Source: Antedon mediterranea (lineage: Eukaryota; Animalia; Echinodermata). Taken from it: 64,000 nucleotides of DNA. This document shows positions 37,149-49,076 of the stretch, piece by piece. The notes under the pieces are model-generated. The model worked only from the letters and a program-made list of their open reading frames with translations. It was not told the DNA's origin and did not search any database. The translations under genes were made by a program, and so were the position numbers. Positions within the stretch are counted from its first letter, which is position 1. Each line of letters begins with the position of its first letter. The stretch covers positions 25,364,437 through 25,428,436 of the forward strand of contig NC_092672.1 in the NCBI RefSeq assembly GCF_964355755.1, given 5' to 3'.

Positions 37149-38767
37149 TGGTTATCCGCCTCAAGCGGATAACCTTTGTTATTGTAGTGTTACTTTTTTT
37201 TTTTATTATTCTTCTTTCTTTCTCCGATTTTGTGTACGCGTTTTCTCTTGAACGTGTTAACATAACATTTTGTAACTTGGTCAACATATAGACAATTAAC
37301 TGAAGATGTACTGCGAAGCTTTTTGACAATGTCAGATCCGCGTAGCGTAAGTTACGCGCGATTTTCTGAAAATCTTAAATCGGTCATAACTTCGAAACCG
37401 ATAAATATTTTTTAACGAAATTTTCAGCCACGTTTTCTTCACATCAATGGCTAACTTTTTCGCTCTTCAGCAAATTTTTGAACACTAGAAAGTCTGCGCG
37501 TAAACTGCGTTTGAAATTTTAAAATGCTCCTAATTTGTGCACGCTGTTTCTCTGTAACGCGTTAACATAACATTTTGTAACTTGTTCAACATATAGACAT
37601 TTTACTGAAGTTGTCCAGCCAAGCTTTTTGACGATGTCAGAGCCGCGTAGCGTAAGTTACGCGTGATTTTCTGAAAATCTTAAATTGGTTATAACTTCGA
37701 AACAAATGAATATTTTTTAACGTCATTTTCAGCCACGTTTGCTTCACATCAATAGTTAACTTTTTTAACGCTATCGCAATTTGTAACATTAGAAAGTGCG
37801 CGCGTAAATGGCGTTTGAAATTTTAAAATGCTTCAAATCAATTTCTGATTAAATTAGAGCACGATTCAGGTCATTTTAAGCGTTTAAAAAATTGCCACTG
37901 GTGCGCACATTTTTACGCGCGCACGGCGCAGGGAACAGGTATGAGCATTTCTTTTACACGATTTGTGTTTTTAAATCTTCTGTTAACAATTTTACGTTAT
38001 TTTATTCACTTTTCAACTTGAAATGGCGTTCTACGAGCACGTTAAACATGACAGGTTGCGCACGAAAACGTCAACAAATTGTGAAAATGTTCCAAAATAT
38101 GTCTACTTTTAAAAATGACACAGTTCATCAGAATGCAAGGTTACCCCCATTTTTTATTTTAATTTCTTGCAGTGTATGAATCATAGGTCTGATTTATTAT
38201 AGTGTTGAATGCTAAAACGTGTTTGATGGCTACATTATTTGCATATTAAATATAATTTTTGAAATATTTATCATCAAACAAACATAAACTTATTCAAAGA
38301 GCAAAACAATAAACATAACATTTATCTTTTTTCTTTACATGTTAATATATAAAACTTGAAAGTATGTACTTTCATAAAATATCAGCGTTTAAAATTTTTG
38401 AAGATTTCATCATAGTAAAATTTATGATTTAAGTTTGATATGTAATAATCAACTTGCATCGAGGGGGTTCACGACATACCGAATGAACGAGGACTCTTTC
38501 TTCGGATTTTCGTCAGCAGGTGGTCATATGGCTCGATGTGTAATGCAACCGACTTTGGTATCAGAGGTACCGGGTTCGAGTCCCGTCACGGGAAAACAAT
38601 TAATTAAAAGGGTTTAGTTGGTTATTACACTGAGAGGGCAGTTTTAATTTTGAATAGCCTACTTTTTTTGGAAAAGTCATAACTTGGAAGTACTTGAATA
38701 CGCAAGATACGCTTTGTTGCTGGCGGATAACCAAACTCGTCCTCAAGTGACGAGTTTAAGTTCTAGT
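37149..38767 (+). mobile_element. HINE family A element, complete, nested among the B elements
   Basis: A head, A body and A 3' hairpin. Confidence 0.85.
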
Positions 38768-41596
38768 TTATTTATTCTTTCCTTAGCACTATTTTGTCCG
38801 TGAATTATCTTGATATCAGTTTCATCTATCTAAGTCAATTTTTCAGAGTATATTCCTTATGGCCAGGAATCGATGTGGTTATATTTTCACGATGCGTAAT
38901 CAAAAATTACGCGGTCTACGCGCGATTTTACGAAATCACGTTTGTAATCATATCTTCACAAGCATGAATCACAATTAAACAAAATTTGGTACTCATAAAT
39001 TTCAGGTCATATTTCATCATATGGCAATACAATTACGTGCGTAACGCATATAACGCTTGCGTACGCGCGCTTAAAATGTTCAAAATTGTCAAAATTTATT
39101 TTCGATGAAATTAGAGTACGTTTCAGGCAATTTTAAGCGTTTAAAAAATTGCCATGAGTGCGCAGATTTTTGCACGCGCACTGCGCGTTATACGTTAATG
39201 CGCACTCTTTTTGTCCGATTTCGGTTGTACAACCTTTCTTTAATAATATCATCATATTTTATTCACTTTTCAACGCGTAATTGCCTTATACGAGCACGTC
39301 AAAAGTGACAGGCTACGCACGTGTAAGTTAACAAAATGGTGAAAATATGCTAAATTTTAAAATTAATATAGATCGTCAGAATGCTCGGGAACACATATTT
39401 TTTATTTCATTTTCTTGAAGTGTATGTATCTTATGTATGATTTATTATTAAACTAAGGGAACAAAAGTTGATTAAGCCATAATTAATTGCATATTAAATT
39501 AAAAAAAATTCATTTCGACAATCAAACAAATTATGACATTTTCTTAGGCCAAAATAACAAACTTAACATTAACTTTCTTCCTCCAAAAGTTCATATATTA
39601 AAGTTAAAAGTATATAGTTTGACAGTGCATCATTTTTGTACATTTTTAGAGATGTCATCATAGTAAAAAATTATAATTCATTGCGGTATGTAATAATCTA
39701 TCTGCACCAAAGTGGTTACTGCATAGTAAATACACGAAGGAATTTTTCTACAATTTTTAGACAGTTGTGTATGGCTCGGGGGTGTGTGCTCGTGTCTATG
39801 GCACTCAAGGTACCGAGATCGAGTCTCACCTTGGGAAACGAAATAAGATTTTTTTTTTTATTATCCGTATTGTTTGTTCAAATTTATTTCTTAGTGTATA
39901 TATTATACACATGATTTATAATGAAATCTAGATAAAAAATAACTTATGTCTTTATTATTATGTAACAGCAAATGTGGTTTATGACATTATACGCAGAGGG
40001 ATCTTTGATCGGATTGTGATACCGGCTATTGTATTCGCGTTAGCAAGGTCCTATCATATATTATAAATAATTAAAGAATCTGAGAAAATCAATGAATCAA
40101 AATATCTTTTAAAAATCAATTATCTTTATTAAAATCAATGCATATAACCTATAATTCGTCATAGTGACGAATTAAATCTAGTTTATTTATTTATTCTTTC
40201 CTTAGCACTATTTGTCCGTGAATTATCTTGGCATCAGTTTCATCTATCTAAGTCAATTTTTCAGAGTATATTCCTTATGGCCAGGAATCGATGTGGTTAT
40301 GTTTTCACGATGTGCAATCAAAAATTACGCGGTCTACGCGCGATTTAACGAAATCACGTTTGTAATCATATCTTCACAAACATGAATCACTTTTAAACAA
40401 AATTTGGTACTCATAAATTTCAGGTCACATTTCATCATATGGCAATACAATTACGTGCGTAGCGCATATAACGCATGCGTACGCGCGCTTAAAATGTTGA
40501 AAATTGTCAGAATTTATTTTCGATGAAATTAGAGTACGTTTCAGGCAATTTTAAGCGTTTAAAAAATTGCCATGAGTGCGCCGATTTTTGCACGCGCACT
40601 GCGCGTCAAACGTTAATGCGCACTGTTTGTGTCCGATTACTGTTGTATAACCTTTCTTTAATAATATCATCATATTTTATTCACTTTTCAACGCGAAACA
40701 GCGTTATATGAGCACGTCAAAAGTGACGGGCTACGCACGTGTAAGTTAACAAAATGGTGAAAATATGCTAAATTTTAAAATTAATATATATCGTTAGAAT
40801 GCTCGGGAACACCTATTTTTTATTTAATTTTCTTGAAGTGTATGTATCATATGTATGATTTATTATGAAATTAGAAGAACAAAAGTTGATTAAGTCATCA
40901 TTAATGGCATATTAAATTTAACAAAATTAATTTCGACAATCAAACAAATTATAACATTTTCTTAGGCCAAAATAACAAACTTAACGTTAACTTTCTTCCT
41001 TAAGAAGTTCATATATTAAAGTTAAAAGTATATAGTTTGACAGTGCATCATTTTTTTAAATTTTTAAAGATGTCATCATAGTAAAACATTATAATTCATT
41101 GCGGTATGTATTAATCTATCTGCACCAAAGTGGTTACTGCATAGTAAATACACGGAGGAATTTTTCTTCAACTTTTAGTCAGTTGTGTATGGCTCGGTGG
41201 TCTGTGCTCGTGTCAATGGCATTCAAGGTACCGAGTTCGAGTCTCACCTTGGGAAACGAAATAAGATTTTTTTTTTATTATCCGTATTGTTCAAATTTAT
41301 TTCTTAGTGTATAGATTATACACATGATTTATAATGAAATCTAGATAAAAAGTTACTTTATGTCTTTATTATTATGCAACAACAAATGCGTTTTATGACA
41401 TTATACGCAGAGGGATCTTTGATCGGATTGTGATACCGGCTATGGTGTTCGCGTTAGCAAGGTCCTATCATATATTATAAATAATTAAAGATTCTGAGAA
41501 AATCAATCAATCAATATATCTTTTAAAAATCAATTATCTTTATTTAAATCAATGCATATAACCTATAATTCGTCATAGTGACGAATTAAATCTAGT
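38768..41596 (+). mobile_element. Two headless family-B bodies (38768-40182, 40183-41596)
   Basis: Each starts in the (TTTA)n tract at TTCTTTCCTTAGCAC and ends with the B subTIR, hairpin and CTAGT. They match the two unpaired heads at 35537 and 35602. Confidence 0.85.
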
Positions 41597-43155
41597 TATT
41601 CTTCTTTCTTTCTCAGATTTTGTGCACGCGTTTTCTCTTCAACGTGTTAACATAACATGTTGTAACTTGGTCAACATTTAGACATTTAACTGAAGATGTT
41701 CTGCCAAGCTTTTGGACGCTGTCAGATCCGCGTAGCGTAAGTCACGCGCGATTTTCTGAAAATCTTAAATCGGTCATAACTTCGAAACCGATAAATATTT
41801 TTTAACGAAATTTTCAGCCACGTTTTCTTCACATCAATGGCTAACTTTTGGAATGTTTAACAAATTTTTGGAGATTAGAAAGTTTTCGCGTAAATTGCGT
41901 TTGAAATATTTTACTCTTCTTATTTTGTGCACGCTGTTTCTCTTCAACGTGTAAACATAATATGTTGTAACTTATTCAGCATTTAGACATTTCACTGAAG
42001 TTGTCCAGCCAAGCTTTTTGACGATGTCAGAGCCGCGTAGCGTAAGTTACGCGTGATTTTCTGAAAATCTTAAATTGGTTATAACTTCGAAACAAATGAA
42101 TATTTTTTAACTTCATTTTCAGTCACGTTTGCTTCACATCAATAGTTAACTTTGTTAACGCTACCGCAATTTGTAACATTAGAAAGTGCGCGCGTAAATG
42201 GCGTTTGAAATTTTAAAATGCTTCAAATCAATTTCTGATTAAATTAGAGTACGATTCAGGTCATTTTAAGCGTTTAAAAAATTGCCACTGGTGCGCACAT
42301 TTTTACGCGCGCACGGCGCAGGGAACACATATGAACATTTCTTTTACACGATTTGTGTTTTTAAATCTTCGGTTAACAATTTTACGTTATTTTATTCACT
42401 TTTCAACTTGAAATGGCGTTCTACGAGCACGTTAAACATGACAGGTTGCGCACGAAAACGTCAACAAATTGTGAAAATGTTGCAAAATATGTCTACTTTT
42501 AAAAATGAAACAGTTCATCAGAATGCAAGGTTACCCCCATTTTTTATTTTATTTTCTTGCAGTGTATTAATCATAGGTCTAATTTATTATAGTCTTGAAT
42601 GTTAAAAAGTGTTTGATAGCTACATTGTTTGCATATTAAATGTAATTTTTGAAATAATTATCAACAAACAAACATAAACATATTCAAAGAGTAAAACAAT
42701 AAACATAACGTTTATCTTTTTTCTTTACATATTAATACATAAAACTTGAAAGTATGCACTTTCATAATATGTCAGTGTTTAAAATTTGTGAAGATTTCAT
42801 CATAGTAAAAATTATGATTTAAGTTCGATATGTAATAATCAACTTGCATCGAGGGGGTTCACGACATACCGAATGAACGAGGACTCTTTCTTCGGATTTT
42901 CTTCAGCAGGTGCTCATATGGCTCGATGTGTAGTGCAACCGACTTTGGTATTAGAGGTACCGGGATCGAATCCCATCACGGGAAAGCAATTAATTAAAAG
43001 TATTTATTAGGTTATTACATTGAAAGGGAAGTTTTAATTTTGAATAGGCTACTTTTTTGGAAAAGTCATAACTGAGAAGTACTTCAATACGCAAGATACG
43101 TTTTGTTGCGGGCGGATAACCAAACTCGTCCTCAAGTGACGAGTTTAGATCTAGT
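41597..43155 (+). mobile_element. Headless family-A body
   Basis: Starts TATTCTTCTTTCTTTCTCAG with no hairpin head; ends with the A 3' terminus. Confidence 0.85.
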
Positions 43156-44631
43156 TAGGTTATATGCATGATATGCATATAACCTCTTGATTCTGTCAGA
43201 ATCTTTATTTATTTCTTTATTTATTCTTTCCTTAGCACTATTTTGTCCGTGAATTATCTTGATATCAGTTTCATCTATCTAAGTCAATTTTTCAGAGTAT
43301 ATTCCTTCTGGTCAGGAATCGATGTGGTTATGTTTTCAGGGTGCGCAATCAAACATTACGCGGTCTACGCGCGATTTAACGAAATCACGTTTGTAATCAT
43401 ATCTTCACAAGCATGAATCACTTTTAAACAAAATTTGGTACTCATAAATTTCAGGTCATATTTCATCATATGGCAATACAATTACGTGCGTAGCGCATAT
43501 AACGCATGCGTACGCGCGCTTAGAATGTTGAAAATTGTCAGAATTTATTTTCGATGAAATTAGAATACGTTTCAGGCAATTTTAAGCGTTTAAAAAATTG
43601 CCATGAGTGCGCAGATTTTTGCACGTGCACTGCGCGTCAAACGTTAATGCGCACTGTTTTTGTCCGATTACTGTTGTATAACCTTTCTTTAATAATATCA
43701 TCATATTTTATTCACTTTTCAATGCGAAACAGCGTTATACGAGCACGTCAAAAGTGACAGGCTACGCACGTGTAAGTTAACAAAATGGTGAAAATATGCT
43801 AAATTTTAAAATTAATATATATCGTTAGAATGCTCGGGAACACCTATTTTTTATTTAATTTTCTTGAAGTGTATGTATCATATGTATGATTTATTATGAA
43901 ATTAGAAGAACAAAAGTTGATTAAGTCATCATTAATGGCATATTAAATTTAACAAAATTAATTTCGACAATCAAACAAATTATAACATTTTCTTAGGCCA
44001 AAATAACAAACTTAACATTAACTTTCTTCCTTAAGAAGTTCATATATTAAAGTTAAAAGTATATAGTTTGACAGTGCATCATTTTTTTCAATTTTTAAAG
44101 ATGTCATCATAGTAAAACATTATAATCCATTGCGGTATGTAATAATCTATCTGCACCAAAGTGGTTACTGCATAGTAAATACACGGAGGAATTTTTCTCC
44201 AACTTTTAGTCAGTTGTGTATGGCTCGATGGGATGTGCTCGTGTCTATGATATTCAAGGTACCGAGTTCGAGTCTCACCTTGGGAAACGAAATAAGATTT
44301 TTTTTTTATTATCCGTATTGTTTGTTCAAATTTATTTCTTAGTGTATAGATTATACACATGATTTATAATGAAATCTAGATAAAAAGTTACTTTATGTCT
44401 TTATTATTATGTAACAACAAATGCGGTTTATGACATTATACGCAGAGGGATCTTTGATCGGATTGTGATACCGGCTATGGTGTTCGCGTTAGCAAGGTCC
44501 TATCATTTATTATAAATAATTAAAGATTCTGAGAAAATCAATCAATCAATATATCTTTTAAAAATCAATTATCTTTATTTAAATCAATGCATATAACCTA
44601 TAATTCGTCATAGTGACGAATTAAATCTAGT
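43156..44631 (+). mobile_element. HINE family B element, complete
   Basis: B head, B body and B 3' terminus. Confidence 0.85.
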
Positions 44632-44638
44632 TTTTTAT

Positions 44639-46259
44639 TGGTTATCCGCCTCAAGCGGATAAGCATTTGTTATTGTAGTGTTACTTTTTTTTTTTTTTTA
44701 TTATTCTTCTTTCTTTCTCAGATTTTGTGCACGCGTTTTCTCTTGAACGTGTTAACATAACATTTTGTAACTTGGTCAACATATAGACAATTAACTGAAG
44801 ATGTACTGCCAAGCTTTTTGACAATGTCAGATCCGCGTAGCGTAAGTTACGCGCGCTTTTCTGAAAATCTTAAATCGGTCATAACTTCGAAACCGATAAA
44901 TATTTTTTAACGAAATTTTCAGCCACGTTTTCTTCACATCAATGGCTAACTTTTGGAATGTTTAACAAATTTTTGGAGATTAGAAAGTTTTCGCGTAAAT
45001 TGCGTTTGAAATATTTTACTCTTCTTATTTTGTGCACGCTGTTTCTCTTCAACGTGTAAACATAATATGTTGTAACTTGTTCAGCATTTAGACATTTTAC
45101 TGAAGTTGTCCAGCCAAGCTTTTTGACGATGTCAGAGCCGCGTAGCGTAAGTTACGCGTGATTTTCTGAAAATCTTAAATTGGTTATAACTTCGAAACAA
45201 ATGAATATTTGTTAACGTCATTTTCAGCCACGTTTGCTTCTCATCAATAGTTAACTTTTTTAACGCTACCGCAATTTGTAACATTAGAAAGTGCGCGCGT
45301 AAATGGCGTTTGAAATTTTAAAATGCTTCAAATCAATTTCTGATTAAATTAGAGCACGATTCAGGTCATTTTAAGCGTTGTAAAAATTGCCACTGGTGCG
45401 CACATTTTTACGCGCGCACGGCGCAGGGAACACGTATGAACATTTCTTTTGCACGATTTGTGTTTTTAAAACTTCGGTTAACAATTTTACGTTATTTTAT
45501 TCACTTTTCAACTTGAAATGGCGTTCTACGAGCACGTTAAACATGACAGGTTGCGCACGAAAACGTCAACAAATTGTGAAAATGTTGCAAAATATGTTTA
45601 CTTTTAAAAATGAAACAGTTCATCAGAATGCAAGGTTACCCCAATTTTTTATTTTATTTTCTTGCAGTGTATTAATCATAGGTCTAATTTATTATAGTCT
45701 TGAATGTTAAAAAGTGTTTGATAGCTACATTATTTGCATATTAAATGTAATTTTTGAAATAATTATCATCAAACTAACATAAACATATTCAAAGAGTAAA
45801 ACAATATACATAACGTTTATCTTTTTTCTTTACATGTTAATATATAAAACTTGAAAGTATGCACTTTCATAATATGTAACTGTTTAAAATTTGTGAAGAT
45901 TTCATCATAGTAAAAATTATGATTTAAGTTCGATATGTAATAATCAACTTGCATTGAGGGGGTTCACGACATACCGAATGAACAAGGACTCTTTCTTCGG
46001 ATTTTCTTCAGCAGGTGCTCATATGACTCGATGTGTAGTGCAACCGACTTTGGTATCAGAGGTACCGGGATCGAATCCCATCACGGGAAAGCAATTAAAT
46101 AAAAAGATTTGTTTGGTTAATACACTGAAAGGGCAGTTTTAATTTTGAATAGGCTACTTTTTGGAAAAGTCACAAGTGAAAAGTACTTGAATGCGCAAGA
46201 TATGTTTTGTTGCGGGCGGATAACCAAACTCGTCCTCAAGTGACGAGTTTAGATCTAGT
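44639..46259 (+). mobile_element. HINE family A element, complete
   Basis: A head, A body and A 3' terminus. Confidence 0.85.
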
Positions 46260-49076
46260 TATTCTTCTCTATTTCCGCCGATTTTTGTGTTCAGCTTTTC
46301 TCTGCAACCTGTTAACATAACATGTTGTAACTTGGTAAACATTTAGACATTTAGCTGAAGATGTGCAGCCAAGCTTTTGGACGCTGGCAGAGCCGCGTAG
46401 CGTAAGTTACGCGCGATTTTCAGAAAATCCTAAGTTGATCATAACTTCGAAACAGATGAATATTTTTTAACGTAATTTTCAGCCATGTTTGCTTCACATC
46501 AATTGCTAACTTTTTTATCGCTACCGAAATGTGTAACATTGGAAAGTGCGCGAGTAAACGGCGTTTGAAATTTTAAAATGCTCTAAATCAATTTCTGATT
46601 AAATTAGAGCACGATTCAGGTCATTTTAAGCGTTTGAAAAATTGCCACCAGGTGCGCACATTTTTACGCGCGCACGGCGCAGGAAACACGTATGAGCATT
46701 TCTTTTGCACGATTTGTGTTTTTCAATCTTCGGTTAACAATTTTACGTTATTTTATTCACTTTTCAACTTCAAATGGCGTTCTACGAGCACGTTAAACAT
46801 GACTGGTTGCGCACGTAAAATGTTAAAAAATTGTGAAAATGTTGCAAAATATGTATACTTTTAAAAGTGACACAGTTCATCAGAATGCAAGGTTACCCCC
46901 ATTTTTTATTTTATTTTCTTGCAGTGTATGAATCATAGGTCTGATTTATTATAGTGTTGAATGTTAAAACGTGTTTAATGGCTACATTATTTGCATATTA
47001 AATATAATTTTTGAAATTTTTATCATCAAACAAACATAAACGTTTTCAAAGAGCAAAACAATAAACATAACGTTTATCTTTTTTCTTCACATGTTAATAT
47101 ATAAAACTTAAAAGTATGCACTTTCATAATATGTCACTGTTTAAAATTTTTGAAGATTTCATTATAGTAAAAATTATGATTTAGTTTGCTAAGTAATAAT
47201 CTATTTGCATCGAGTGGTTCACGACATACCGAATGAACGAGTAAACTTTCTTCGGATTTCCTTCGGCAGGTGCTCATATGGCTCGATGTGTCGTGCAACC
47301 GACTTTGGTATCAGAGGTATCGGGTTCAAATCCCGTCACGGGAAAACATTTAATTAAATGGATTTATTTGGTTATTACACTGAAAGGGCAGTTTTAATTT
47401 CGAAAAGGCTACTTTATTGGAAAATTCATAACTGAGAAGTACTTGAATACGCAAGGTACGTTTTGTTGCGGGCGGATAACCAAACTCGTCCTGAAGTGAC
47501 GAGTTTAAGTTCTAGTTATTCTTCTTTCTTTCCGCCACTTTTTGTACGCGACGTTTCTCTGCAACGTGTTAACATAACATGTTGTAACTTGGTAAACCTT
47601 TAGACATTTAACTGAAGATGTGCAGCCAAGCTTTTGGACGCTGTCAGAGCCGCGTAGCGTAAGTTACGCGCGATTTTCTGAAAATCTTAAATTGATCATA
47701 ACTTCGAAACCGATAAATATTTTTTAACGTAACTTGCAGCCACGTTTTCTTCATATCAATGGCTAACTTTTTCAATCTTTAGCACATTTTTGGACACTAG
47801 AAAGTTTGCGCGTAAATTGCGTTTGAAATTTTAAAATGCTCCAAATTTGTACACGCTTTTTCTCTGCAACGCGTGAACATAACATGTTGTAACTTGGTCA
47901 ACATATAGACATTTAACTGAAGATGTGCAGCCAAGCTTTTGGACGCTGTCAGAGGCGCGTATCGTAAGTTACGCGCGATTTTCTGAAAATCTTAAATTGA
48001 TCATAACTTTGAAACAGATAAATATTTTTTAACGTAATTTTCAGCCAAGTTTGCTTTACATTAATTGTTAACTTTTTTATCCCTACCGAATTTTGTAACA
48101 TTAGAAAGTGCGTGCGTAAACGGCGTTTGAAATTTTAAAATGCTTTAAATCAATTTCTGATTAAATTAGAGCACGTTTCAGGTCATTTTAAGGGTTTAAA
48201 AATTGCCACTGGTGCGCACATTTTTACGCGCGCACGGCGCAGGGAACGCGTATAAGCTTTTCTTTTACATAAAATGTGTTTTTCAAACTTAGGTTAACAA
48301 TTTTACGTTATTTTATTCACTTTTCAACTTGAAATGGCGTTCTACGAGCACGTTAAACATGACTGGTTGCGCACGAAAACGTCAACAAATAGTGAAAATG
48401 TTGCAAAATATGTCTACTTTTAAAAGTGATACAGTTCATCAGAATGCAAGGTTACCCCCATTTTATATTTTATTTGATTACAGTCTATGAATCGTAGGTC
48501 TGATTTATTATAGTGTTGAATGTTAAAACGTGTTTGATGGCTACATTATTTGCATATTAAATATAATTTTCGAAATTGTTATCATCAAACAAACAATAAC
48601 ATATTCAAAGAGCAAAACAATAAACATAACGTTTATCTTTTTTCTTTACATGTTGATATATAAAACTTGAAAGTATGCTCTTTCATAATATGTCACTGTT
48701 TAAAATTTATGAAGATTTCATCATAGTAAAAATTATGATTTAGTTCGATATGTAATAATCAACTTGCATCGAGGGAGTTCACGACATACCGAACGAACGA
48801 GTAATCTTTCTTCGGATTATCTTCGGCAGGTGCTCATATGACTCGATGTGTAGTGCAACCGACTTTGGTATCAGAGGTACCGGGATCGAGTCCCGTCACG
48901 GGAAAACAATTAAATATAAGGATTTATTTGGTTGTTACACTAAAAAGGCAGTTTTAATTTCGAATAGGCTACTTTTTTGGAAAAGCCAAAAACTGAAAAG
49001 TACTTGAATGCTCAAGATATGTTTTGTTGCGGGCGGATAACCAAACTCGTCCTCAAGTGACGAGTTCAGATCTAGT
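46260..49076 (+). mobile_element. Two headless, more diverged family-A bodies (46260-47516 with one core unit; 47517-49076 with two)
   Basis: No heads; both end in the A subTIR, hairpin and CTAGT. They share subfamily variants such as GATGTGCAGCCAAGCTTTTGGACGCTG. Confidence 0.85.

Noticed and set aside
33022-46864. Recurrent 60-107-aa ORFs (MPLVRTFLRAH..., MKLEYVSGNF..., MICNNQLAS...) as a gene family
   Set aside because: They lie inside near-identical non-coding repeats, often start at TTG, are broken in sibling copies and show no recognisable domain.
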